Shown: one piece after another, positions 1 through 8,803 of the stretch | Position numbering within the stretch: position 1 is the stretch's first letter | Layout: every line of letters begins with the position of its first letter | Assembly (NCBI GenBank): GCA_963718615.1 | Contig: OY970368.1 | Span: forward strand, 5,664,001-5,728,000 | Source of the DNA: an uncultured cyanobacterium | GTDB lineage: Bacteria > Cyanobacteriota > Cyanobacteriia > PCC-9006 > JAAUQQ01 | DNA: 64,000 nucleotides | Direction of reading: 5' to 3' | The notes under the pieces: generated by a model | Told to the model about the DNA's origin: nothing | The model's database searches: none | Seen by the model: the letters and a program-made list of their open reading frames with translations, nothing else | Translations under genes and position numbers: made by a program

Positions 1-564
1 GTGCGTCTAGAGCCCTATGAAGCCGTTGCAGATACTGAAGTTTGTGCTAATGCCTTTGATGCAAGGCTCTTTAAGCAGCTAGGATCCAATATTCAGATGA
101 TACTAGCGAAACTAACCGGTTGCCATAATGCCTTTTATCGAGGCCAGTTTTATCGAGGACATGTCAAGTCGAAAGTCTGGGTTAGAACTCAGGCAATGAT
201 CAAACATATGAATGCGCATTTACCTGAAGCACTACCTGGCTATCACTTAAAACTCATTCACTCAAAGCAAATTCAGCTTTTGCATTATGATGCAATTGGC
301 CTAGAGACTTGGAAAGAGAAGTGGATACAGAGGGTGGATGGTAGTATTACTCTTGATGTTAGAAATAATCGTAACCAGCAGCTCCTGGATTTTCGTAAAG
401 TCTATGAACAAGGAGAAGAAAGCTTGATATCTTGGTATAGAAGATTGTATGTTTTGCCAGAACGTGAGCAGTGGATCTTGCAAAAACTTCATTTACTTAC
501 TTGTATAAAAATTGATAATAAAGAGTTTGATCTTACTCAGTATTTTCCCCAAAAGTATCTATGA
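1..564 (+). CDS. 5'-truncated protein, probable glycosyltransferase C-terminal part
   Basis: Open from window edge; 'GHVKSKVWVR...LLHYDAIG..WKEKW' resembles GT2/GT92-like C-termini; stop overlaps next start (ATGA). Confidence 0.45.
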   Translation: MRLEPYEAVADTEVCANAFDARLFKQLGSNIQMILAKLTGCHNAFYRGQFYRGHVKSKVWVRTQAMIKHMNAHLPEALPGYHLKLIHSKQIQLLHYDAIGLETWKEKWIQRVDGSITLDVRNNRNQQLLDFRKVYEQGEESLISWYRRLYVLPEREQWILQKLHLLTCIKIDNKEFDLTQYFPQKYL

Positions 565-1208
565 TTTCTTACGATTATCAATGTATTTTTATTCATATTC
601 CAAAGAATGGTGGTAGCAGTATTGAAGATATGCTCTGGCCTACATCTTTAGAACGAACAGAGAAGACGCTCTGGATGGGGTTGATTGATCGCTATAGAAA
701 TAAGTATCAAACCGGAGGATTACAGCATCTTTTAGCGAATCAAATTCGACAAGAAGTAGGGCAAGAAAATTTCGATCGCTTTTTTAAATTTTCGCTTGTA
801 AGGAATCCGTGGGATAAAGCAGTTTCTCAATATGCTTATATGAAGAGAAGACCAGATCTGAGAAAGTGGGTAGGTATGAGACGATGGACTTCCTTCAAAC
901 AGTATCTAGAGCTCATTCAATCTCGAAAACATGTGCAGTGGGAGGAGCAATATCGATTTCTATTTGATGATGATGGTAATCAGCTTGTAGATTTTATTGG
1001 TAGATTTGAAGATTTTGACGCTGAAGTTGAGAGGATTCTTAAGAAAATTGTCGAAAAAACTGGTCGATTAGAGCTAGCTCATCTTCAGGTTCCTCATGCT
1101 AATAAATCCCTCCGTGCCGCCTATCAAACCTACTACGACTCAGAATCTCAGGCTATGGTTCGAGCAATCTATCAACGTGATATCGAGCTTTTTAACTATA
1201 GATTTTGA
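561..1208 (+). CDS. Sulfotransferase family 2 protein
   Basis: 5'-PSB-like motif FIHIPKNGGSSI; 3'-PB-like FKFSLVRNPWDKAVSQY; VDFIGRFE; C-terminal DIELFNYRF. Confidence 0.9.
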   Translation: MISYDYQCIFIHIPKNGGSSIEDMLWPTSLERTEKTLWMGLIDRYRNKYQTGGLQHLLANQIRQEVGQENFDRFFKFSLVRNPWDKAVSQYAYMKRRPDLRKWVGMRRWTSFKQYLELIQSRKHVQWEEQYRFLFDDDGNQLVDFIGRFEDFDAEVERILKKIVEKTGRLELAHLQVPHANKSLRAAYQTYYDSESQAMVRAIYQRDIELFNYRF

Positions 1209-1541
1209 ACCATAGCTTTTGAATTAAAAAGCGTAATCTCATGGGCCAACTGCCGCACCTCCGCCGCAAACCCCTCATCCTCATCCATCACCGCATCCAG
1301 ATTCTTGCTAATCATCTCCAGCGCCGCCGCATCACCGCCTTCCGCTTGCATCAGCGCCTCATTCACTTTGGGCGATCGACCCCACAGTCCGCTCCCGAAT
1401 CTTCTGCCACAGCGTCTCGATGCCCTTAACCCCTGCCTCCGTAAACTTCTTGGCCAGATCCGTCCCGCCCGCCTCTGCAAACTTCTGAAACGCTAACTGG
1501 GCGATCGCCCCAGCCGTCATCGCCGTTACAGGATCCGTCAT
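1196..1541 (-). pseudogene. Frameshifted small cyanobacterial protein (MTDPVT..AGAIA.LAFQKF type)
   Basis: ORF 1541-1359 (..WQKIRER) continues in another frame as LWGRSPKVNEAL..NLDAVMDEDEGFAAEVRQLAHEI; one extra base near 1388 joins them. Confidence 0.7.
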
Positions 1542-1674
1542 GTCGCTCTGGGAGAAGAAACACGTCCCTTCCCTTATATCCTCGATTTCTCAAAATGCGT
1601 CAAATTCCAACAATTTTTTCGGCATCGCGGATTGGTAGCATAGTAATAGATAGCGTTTAGCGCGATCGCCCACC

Positions 1675-2247
1675 ATGATCACCAACAAAAGCCACACTTA
1701 CTTCACCCCCGAAGAGTACCTCGAAATCGAGCGCATCAGCCCGATCAAACACGAATATCTACAAGGTCAAATCGTGGCCATGGCTGGGGCTAGCAAAGCC
1801 CATGTCATCATCACCGGCAATCTTTCAGCCCTTCTGGTCAATCATCTACGGGGAACCGGCTGTATTCCCTACAGCACTGACATGAAAGTGCGAATCCCCG
1901 AGCTGAATCTGTTTTATTATCCTGACCTAGCCGTTAGCTGTGATCAGCGCGATCGCAGCTCTAGCGACGACTTCATCCTTCATCCCAAACTGATGATTGA
2001 GGTTTTATCGGACTCTACCGAAGCCTTCGATCGGGGTGATAAATTCGCAGATTACAAAACAATTCCAGAACTAGAAGAATATCTACTGATTCATCAGCAT
2101 CAAGTCCTCGTTGAGCGATTTCATCGCAAGACAAACAACCTTTGGACTCCTCATATTTATCGGGCTGGAGATTTCGTAGAGTTGGTTAGTATTGGCTTGA
2201 ATCTTGCGATCGCCTCGCTCTACGAAACCCTCGATCAACTTTCATAA
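1675..2247 (+). CDS. Uma2 family endonuclease-fold protein
   Basis: TPEEYLEIE, KHEYLQGQIVAMAGAS, YYPDLAVSC, IEVLSDSTEAFDRGDKFADY. Confidence 0.93.
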   Translation: MITNKSHTYFTPEEYLEIERISPIKHEYLQGQIVAMAGASKAHVIITGNLSALLVNHLRGTGCIPYSTDMKVRIPELNLFYYPDLAVSCDQRDRSSSDDFILHPKLMIEVLSDSTEAFDRGDKFADYKTIPELEEYLLIHQHQVLVERFHRKTNNLWTPHIYRAGDFVELVSIGLNLAIASLYETLDQLS

Positions 2248-2283
2248 CGCTCAAATCAGACACTTCTAATTCCCCATCCTCGC

Positions 2284-3150
2284 TCAAAGCGATCGCGCCT
2301 CCCGTCCGCCAAATTTGAGTAAGAGGGCGATCGCCAAACTCACCGCCCCAATCAACAACACACTCAAACTAGACCCCAACCCCCAGTTGCGCGTTGCACC
2401 CAAAAACTGTTGATACACCAACCGAGAGACCGTCATACTGGAAGAACCGCCCAAGAGGTCCGGGACCACAAAGTCACCGAGGGCAGAGATAAACACCAGC
2501 AAACTTCCCGCCGCGATCCCAGGCAAAGTTTGGGGAATTGTCACCCAGATAAACGTTTGCATCGGCCTTGCCCCCAAATCCGCTGAAGCTTCCAGCAATC
2601 GCCGATCCAACTTCTCCAGGGAAGCATAGAGAATCAGCACCATATAGGGCAAAAAGCTATAGGTCATGCCGATGTAAACCGCGAAGGATTGATTGAGCCA
2701 ATTTTGGGTGGGCCAGTGGAGTGCGGCCAACAGGCTATTGAGCACCCCAGAAGCGCGCAAAATTGTGATCCAGGCATAGGCCCGCAACAGCGACGACGTC
2801 CAGAGCGGTAGCACAAAGCCCAACAGCAGTAAACTACGCCAGCGTTGCGGAGCCAACAGTGCAATCCAATAGGCCACGGGAAATCCGAGCAAGAGGCAGC
2901 ACAGGGTGGTGCCGAGGGCATAGGAGAGCGATCGCCCGATCACCCCTAAATACAGCGGATCGAGCAGCGTCAGATAATTTCCCCAGCCATAGCTGCCCGG
3001 AGCCTGCCCCAGGCGAAATCCCGGAATCAGGCTCAGTTCTAACAGCAGTAGTGTTGGCAACAATAAGAGTAGCCCCAGCCAGAGTCCCGCAGGCCCTAAC
3101 AGGATCAACGGCTGAATCCAAGGGCGAATTTTGGCAAACAGGCGAACCAT
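2284..3150 (-). CDS. potB: Spermidine/putrescine ABC transporter permease PotB
   Basis: Multiple TM segments; EAA loop LLEASADLGARP; PLWTSSLLRAYAW; follows PotD. Confidence 0.88.
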   Translation of the reverse strand: MVRLFAKIRPWIQPLILLGPAGLWLGLLLLLPTLLLLELSLIPGFRLGQAPGSYGWGNYLTLLDPLYLGVIGRSLSYALGTTLCCLLLGFPVAYWIALLAPQRWRSLLLLGFVLPLWTSSLLRAYAWITILRASGVLNSLLAALHWPTQNWLNQSFAVYIGMTYSFLPYMVLILYASLEKLDRRLLEASADLGARPMQTFIWVTIPQTLPGIAAGSLLVFISALGDFVVPDLLGGSSSMTVSRLVYQQFLGATRNWGLGSSLSVLLIGAVSLAIALLLKFGGREARSL

Positions 3151-3166
3151 GGCAGAACCTCACGCC

Positions 3167-4321
3167 TCAAGCGCTGGTGAGTTGAGTCCAATATTGATCG
3201 TAGGTTGCAGTGATCGCCTCCGGCAGCGGCGCAATCCCTTCGCATTTAGCCAAAATCGCCTCCGGCGGAAACAGGGTCCGGTTTTGCTTGAGTTCTGTAG
3301 GCAACTGCTCAAACGTCTTTTGATTGGGCGTGGCAAAGCGCAAGCGCTGCACCAAATCCACCGCCGTTGCGGGATCGAGGAAAAAGTTGAGCCAAGCATA
3401 GGCCGCATCCACATTGGGCGCAGACTTGGGAATGGCGATCGTATCGGTCCAGAGCGAAGAGCCGGTTTCGGGCACCACATACATCAAATTGGATTGTTCC
3501 GCCATCAACACCTGGGCATCAGAAGAATAGGCCATGGAAATCAAAATATCGCCACTGGCGAGTTGATCTTCCCAGCCGTTGGTCATGAAATTGGCGATCG
3601 CCCCCTTAAACCCCACCAGTTTTTCATAGGCCATTTTCACCTTGGCCGGGTCCTCGGCATTGAGCGAATCTCCCTGGGACTTGAGGACCGATCCCAACAC
3701 CTCTCGCACATCGTTAAGCAGCGTTACTTTGCGCTCTAGCTTGGCCTGATTGCGCCAGAGATCATCCCAACTTTTAATTTCAAACCCTAATCGTTCCGGA
3801 TCGTAGATGAATCCGGTCGTGCCCCAGGTCGCAGGAATACTATGGGCGTTCTGGGGATCATAGATGGGGTTTTGCCATTGGGACATGAGATTTTTTACCC
3901 CCTGAAGCCGCGATGCCTCCAGGGGCATCAGCAGATCCAGCTCCACCATCTGGGTCACCATGTAGTCTGAGGGAAACAGAATGCTGTAGTTTTGGCCTCC
4001 CCCAGCCTGCATTTTGGCGAGCATGGTTTCGTTGGAATCATAGATATCGACCCCCGCTTGGATGCCGGTCCTTTCGCCAAAGGTCTGCAGCAATTGCTTG
4101 TCGCTATAGTTGGCCCAGCTGTAGACCGAGAGGGCGTTCGGGTCCGTATCAGCGACATTGTCACCAGCGGCAGGTCCTTGGCTAATTTGGCGCGCACAGT
4201 TGGAGAGGAGTACACCGGAAAACGCCGCCGCCGAAGTTTGTAAAAAACGCCGTCGCGTTGCTGACAAGGGACGAGATTGGGGGTTGGGCCGCATCATACA
4301 CAAGTTCCTCCACACCATCAT
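3167..4321 (-). CDS. potD: Spermidine/putrescine ABC transporter substrate-binding protein (Tat lipoprotein)
   Basis: TRRRFLQ twin-arginine motif and LSNC lipobox; YSWANY, YDSNETMLAK, SDYMV, WGTTG, WTDTIAIPK. Confidence 0.9.
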   Translation of the reverse strand: MMVWRNLCMMRPNPQSRPLSATRRRFLQTSAAAFSGVLLSNCARQISQGPAAGDNVADTDPNALSVYSWANYSDKQLLQTFGERTGIQAGVDIYDSNETMLAKMQAGGGQNYSILFPSDYMVTQMVELDLLMPLEASRLQGVKNLMSQWQNPIYDPQNAHSIPATWGTTGFIYDPERLGFEIKSWDDLWRNQAKLERKVTLLNDVREVLGSVLKSQGDSLNAEDPAKVKMAYEKLVGFKGAIANFMTNGWEDQLASGDILISMAYSSDAQVLMAEQSNLMYVVPETGSSLWTDTIAIPKSAPNVDAAYAWLNFFLDPATAVDLVQRLRFATPNQKTFEQLPTELKQNRTLFPPEAILAKCEGIAPLPEAITATYDQYWTQLTSA

Positions 4322-4394
4322 TCACAGCATCATTATTGTTTGTAGGATAGCTTAGTTGTGCAAACTGTCCAGCCTAAGCGGTTGTTCTCGTAAT

Positions 4395-5864
4395 CTACTG
4401 AAGTGGAGCCAAAAGCCGACAAACCTGCACTGCAAGCTTAAAACTAAATCGGCGTTTTTCGTAATCCGCGAAGTCAACCGCTTGGGCCACGCTCAAATCA
4501 TCCTCAAACATAGCTGCAACATCCTGTACAAATTCCAGGCTTGTGACAAAGGTCATGACCTCGAAGTTGAGTCGAAATGAACGATTGTCTAGATTAACGG
4601 TGCCGACACCTGCGATCGCCCTCCCCTCTGCTTGGGGGTCTAGACCATCCACTAAAATCACCTTTTGGTGCATAAAGCCCGGCTGATATCGGTAGAGTTT
4701 AATTCCCGCAGAAGCCAGTTCATCATAATAGGAAAATGAACTCAAATAGACCATCCAATGATCGGCCCGAGCCGGTAAGATAATCCGCACATCCACACCT
4801 TTTAAGGCTGCCGTTTGTAGTGCATTAAGCGTTGGCTCGTCGGGAACAAAATAGGGACTTGCAATCCAAATTCGCTGTTGTGCCCCATGGATCAAACTAG
4901 CAAACCAGTAGGTGCAGTCGTCCAACGGCTCGACCGGCCCCGTCGGAAACACCAAGGCCGTTTGGTTTTGATGGGTGCTTGGCGTCACGCGCCATTGGGC
5001 CTCCGGTAGCTCTTCCCGCGCCCAGTACCAATCCTTTAAAAAGGCAATTTGTAATCCCTGCACTGTAGGGCCTTCGACCCGCACATGGGTATCCCGCCAA
5101 GGGCCAAACTTGGGATCTTTCCCCAAATATTCATCGCCAATATTAAGACCTCCCACAAAGCCTACGGTGCCATCCACAATCAAAATTTTGCGGTGATTTC
5201 TAAAATTAATTTGAAATCGACCTCGCCAACCCTTGGTGCTGCGAAAGACAGCCACCTGCACCCCATTCACCCGCAAGGCTCGAATATAGTCCGGGGATAA
5301 TCCATGGGTCCCAATGGCATCGTAGAGCAGATGGATCCGAACCCCGGCCCGCGCTCGCTCAATCAGGGCTTGCTGAAAGCGAGTGCCAATCTCATCGCCA
5401 TGGAGGATATAGGTTTGCAAAAAAACATAGTCCTGGGCCTGGGCGATCGCCGCCAACATCGCCCCAAACGTCGCTTCTCCATTACACAAAAGCTGAACCG
5501 AATTGCCAGAGGTAAAGGCAATATCCGTCAGTTCTGCCGCTAAGCATTGGAGCGATCGCAAGGGCGGCGGCAGCGGACGCACAAAGTCCATCAGTTCTTG
5601 ATAGGCTTCCTGGGTTAGCTCCCGGTGCTGGTGGTAGACCGTCCGAAAGGCCTCCGAATATCCGCGAAACTCAGACCGGCCCAGCACCCAATAGAGGGGC
5701 AATCCAATCCAGGGAAACATGATCAGCGAGAGGCTCCAGGCGATCGCCCCCTGGGACGATCGCACGGTCATCACCGCATGGGCCGCATTCCACAGGCCCA
5801 GACTATGAACCCCGATCACCACGCCACTGGCCACGAGGCTCAGCCAAGCCCAAACCTGTTCCAT
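4395..5864 (-). CDS. cls: Cardiolipin synthase (ClsA-type, PLD family)
   Basis: N-terminal TM hairpin; two HKD motifs RNHRKILIVDG and MHQKVILVDG; WRDTH; SPYFVPD; NLDNRSFRLNFE. Confidence 0.9.
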   Translation of the reverse strand: MEQVWAWLSLVASGVVIGVHSLGLWNAAHAVMTVRSSQGAIAWSLSLIMFPWIGLPLYWVLGRSEFRGYSEAFRTVYHQHRELTQEAYQELMDFVRPLPPPLRSLQCLAAELTDIAFTSGNSVQLLCNGEATFGAMLAAIAQAQDYVFLQTYILHGDEIGTRFQQALIERARAGVRIHLLYDAIGTHGLSPDYIRALRVNGVQVAVFRSTKGWRGRFQINFRNHRKILIVDGTVGFVGGLNIGDEYLGKDPKFGPWRDTHVRVEGPTVQGLQIAFLKDWYWAREELPEAQWRVTPSTHQNQTALVFPTGPVEPLDDCTYWFASLIHGAQQRIWIASPYFVPDEPTLNALQTAALKGVDVRIILPARADHWMVYLSSFSYYDELASAGIKLYRYQPGFMHQKVILVDGLDPQAEGRAIAGVGTVNLDNRSFRLNFEVMTFVTSLEFVQDVAAMFEDDLSVAQAVDFADYEKRRFSFKLAVQVCRLLAPLQ

Positions 5865-5869
5865 TGTGT

Positions 5870-6727
5870 TTACTCCAGTCTAAACGTCACCACCATGGGT
5901 TTATGATCTGAAACCTCTACATGACCCAGGACCCTAGTTTGCTCAGGGCAGAGGGTGAGTCCTCGATAAAACACATGGTCCAAGGGATTCGACCACAAAA
6001 AACGCTTGAGCTGACTGTCCTGGTGGGGCGAGAAGATCACGGGTTGGAGCGCTAAGCGTTGCCGCAATTGGGTTAGCATCTCCATGCGCTTGGTTCGCCA
6101 GGTGTTGAAATCTCCCGCCAGAATTAAGGGGCCGGAGTGGTGGGCGATCGCCGCTTCAATCTGCTCCAGTTGTGCCAAAAACCGATGGGAGCGCACAAAG
6201 TTGATGCCATGGACATTGATTGCCAACAGCGTCCCAGCGGATTGGGCCAAGGGATACTCGCTAATGAGCGCGACTTTAGGGGTTTGCAGCAGCAGCTCCC
6301 CCTGGTCAGTGTGCAGCGTGGCATGGCGCAGATGGGCCGTTTCAGAGGCCGTCAACACCCCAAAGACATGGCCGCTGGCCGCATGCACGAGATTGGGTGC
6401 AAAATGCCAACCCAGCCGATGTGCTAGGGTTTCTAGATCCCGATCAAAATTGGGCCAAAACAACGGTTCGGGACGCTCAAAATCTAGCCGAGCTTCCTGC
6501 AAAAACAGCAGATTGGGCTGGTAGGTTCGCAGAATGGCGGCAAAGGTTCGCTGCCAATCCAGTTGATGGTTGTTTTTGGCAATATTCCAGTTGAGCAAAC
6601 AGAGGCGATCGCCCCATTGAGACAGCGGTTGCAACGGCGCATGTTCAATCACCTCCGCCACCGCTGGCTTCAAACCCGCAGCAGTCTGCAACCTTTCCGT
6701 CAGCCGAGACCCCACCATCGGCCTCAA
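5870..6727 (-). CDS. Endonuclease/exonuclease/phosphatase family protein
   Basis: LNWNIAK, LQEA, INVHGINF, LAGDFNTW, LDHVFYRG, SDHKP. Confidence 0.9.
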   Translation of the reverse strand: MRPMVGSRLTERLQTAAGLKPAVAEVIEHAPLQPLSQWGDRLCLLNWNIAKNNHQLDWQRTFAAILRTYQPNLLFLQEARLDFERPEPLFWPNFDRDLETLAHRLGWHFAPNLVHAASGHVFGVLTASETAHLRHATLHTDQGELLLQTPKVALISEYPLAQSAGTLLAINVHGINFVRSHRFLAQLEQIEAAIAHHSGPLILAGDFNTWRTKRMEMLTQLRQRLALQPVIFSPHQDSQLKRFLWSNPLDHVFYRGLTLCPEQTRVLGHVEVSDHKPMVVTFRLE

Positions 6728-7773
6728 TACACCTGCTTGGCTGCGCCCAAAACGGTCTCTGGGACGGTCACCCCCATTTTCGCCGCCGAGGTTTTATTCA
6801 CCGCCAGTTCTAGCGTTGTGGGATAGACCACAGGCAACTCAGCCGGGTTATTGCCCTTAAGCACCTGGTCCACCAGTTTTGCTGTTTCGCGACCTACGCC
6901 GTTGTAGTCAAAACTGAGGCTGGCGATCGCCCCCCGCTTGACCGAATCATTATCCCCCGCATAGACCGGCAGTTGGTTTTCCATCCCCACTTGCAGCACC
7001 GCTTCGAGGGCCGAAGCGATGGTATTATCCGTCGGCACATAAATCGCATCCACCTTGCCCACCAGACTTTCCGCTGCCGCTGAGACCCCGGCGGTGTTGG
7101 TGGCAGTTGCTTCCACAAGTGTCATATTTAATTTGGGGGCTTCAGTTTTGAGCAATTGTACGAGACTCACGGAGTTAGCTTCTCCGGCGTTGTAGAGGAT
7201 GCCCAGGGTTTTGACCTGGGGCGTAATTTGCTGGATCAGTTCTAGATGTTTGGCGATCGGCGTCAGATCGCTCACGCCGGTCACATTACCCCCCGGTGCT
7301 TCAGCGGCAGCCACCAGCTTGGCCCCAACGGGGTCCGTCACCGCAGAAAAGACGATGGGAATGTCCTGGGTCGCAGAGGCCGCCGCTTGGGCAGAGGGGG
7401 TCGAAATCGCCACAATCACCTTGGGGTTTTCGCCAACAAACTTCTTGGCAATCTGCGCGGCAGTGGAGGGATTCCCCTGGGCGCTTTCCCAGTCCCACGT
7501 GAGGTTTTTGCCTTCGGTATAGCCGAGAGTTTCCAGCTCCGCCTTGAGCCCATCCCGCACCGCATCGAGAGAGGGGTGTTCGACGATTTGGGTCACGGCA
7601 ACGGTTGGGGTTGCAGCCTGATTATCCCCTGAAGTGCCAGTCGCAGAACTAGAAGAGGGGGGTTGCGATGCACAGCCTACCGTGAGCAGTAGCCCCAAAC
7701 TCGCGGAGGCTAGACTTGGCGTAAAACCCAATAGACGCCCTAGGGAAGAGGACAAGGCAGATTTCAGTACCAT
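6724..7773 (-). CDS. ABC transporter substrate-binding lipoprotein (ABC_sub_bind/TrpX-like)
   Basis: LTVGC lipobox; QIVEHPSLDAVRDG, SAQGN, ISTPSAQA, FSAVTDPVGAKLV, NVTGVSD, PTDNT. Confidence 0.88.
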   Translation of the reverse strand: MVLKSALSSSLGRLLGFTPSLASASLGLLLTVGCASQPPSSSSATGTSGDNQAATPTVAVTQIVEHPSLDAVRDGLKAELETLGYTEGKNLTWDWESAQGNPSTAAQIAKKFVGENPKVIVAISTPSAQAAASATQDIPIVFSAVTDPVGAKLVAAAEAPGGNVTGVSDLTPIAKHLELIQQITPQVKTLGILYNAGEANSVSLVQLLKTEAPKLNMTLVEATATNTAGVSAAAESLVGKVDAIYVPTDNTIASALEAVLQVGMENQLPVYAGDNDSVKRGAIASLSFDYNGVGRETAKLVDQVLKGNNPAELPVVYPTTLELAVNKTSAAKMGVTVPETVLGAAKQVY

Positions 7774-7810
7774 GGTTTAGGCCAGAAACGGAGAGAGGAG
7801 CAGCAAACAG

Positions 7811-7850
7811 ATCGGACTTCTTCCAATCTATCGGACTTCTTCCGATCTAT
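7811..7850. repeat. 19-bp tandem repeat x2 (ATCGGACTTCTTCCRATCT)
   Basis: Read directly upstream of the substrate-binding protein gene. Confidence 0.85.
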
Positions 7851-8000
7851 AGCAGATTTTCTCCTTTCTCTTCAGGCTAGCGATCGCCCTTCTGGCCCAA
7901 TCCGACCTTGCGCTGAGTCGAGAAACAGATTTAGGGGGAAGAACCCTAGGAGCCTAATCGGGGAACCTACTAGGAGCACGGGCTCCCACCTGCAATCGGC

Positions 8001-8693
8001 CTAGCGCCGCGACATCGACATCACTAGCCGCAAGATGTACCAAAACAACAGCGCCACGGATGCAAACAGCTCCAACGACGCCGCTACATGGTGCCGGGTG
8101 GAATAGTGATGCATAACCTTGGACGTGTCATAGAGGATGGCACAGGAGGCAAACCCAACCATCACCGCTGAAAACAGTAGCCCAAGGGTAAAGCCAAAGA
8201 GGGCGCTACAAATAATCAAGCCCAAGGCGACAAAACCACCGATGCGGAGAAATCCGCCGAGAAATGAAAAATCTCGTTTGGTGGTGAAGGCGATCGCCGT
8301 CAATCCCGCAAACATCAATCCCGTTAAAATGCCCGCCGTCGGAATCACCGTGGCATCCGAAAAAACGGCTGCAATATAAATCAGCGGCGCAAAAATCAGC
8401 GCTTGGCCCACGATGTACAAACCCAAGCCTAAGTACTGCAAATTTTCGTTATCCGCTTTTGCCGCTAGACCTCGGGAGAACCAGCCCAAAAGCGAAAAGC
8501 CGCCCAAAATCAGCAACCAGCTAAAGCGGCTGCCAGACACCAGTTGAGCCATCGCCCCGGCAATCCCGGTCTGGATAAAGATATATTCCAGCAAACCAAA
8601 AGCAGCAACCGCTCCAGCCAAATGGGTATAGGTTTTGCGAATAAATTCGGCACGCTCGTCAGGCCGCGCCTGCGCTACGGATAACATGGGCAT
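8001..8693 (-). CDS. Bax inhibitor-1/YccA family membrane protein
   Basis: About 7 TM segments; FIRKTYTHL, TKRDFSFLG, ILYDTS, ASLELFASVALLFWYILR. Confidence 0.88.
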   Translation of the reverse strand: MPMLSVAQARPDERAEFIRKTYTHLAGAVAAFGLLEYIFIQTGIAGAMAQLVSGSRFSWLLILGGFSLLGWFSRGLAAKADNENLQYLGLGLYIVGQALIFAPLIYIAAVFSDATVIPTAGILTGLMFAGLTAIAFTTKRDFSFLGGFLRIGGFVALGLIICSALFGFTLGLLFSAVMVGFASCAILYDTSKVMHHYSTRHHVAASLELFASVALLFWYILRLVMSMSRR

Positions 8694-8803
8694 CAGGTTT
8701 TTCTCTCCGTTGGGTCTTCAACAGTCTTAGGCCGATTAATCGCCAGCTTACCCAAGATTCTCTAGGATGGCTCGGGATGACCGGAAAGAATTCACAAGCT
8801 CCA

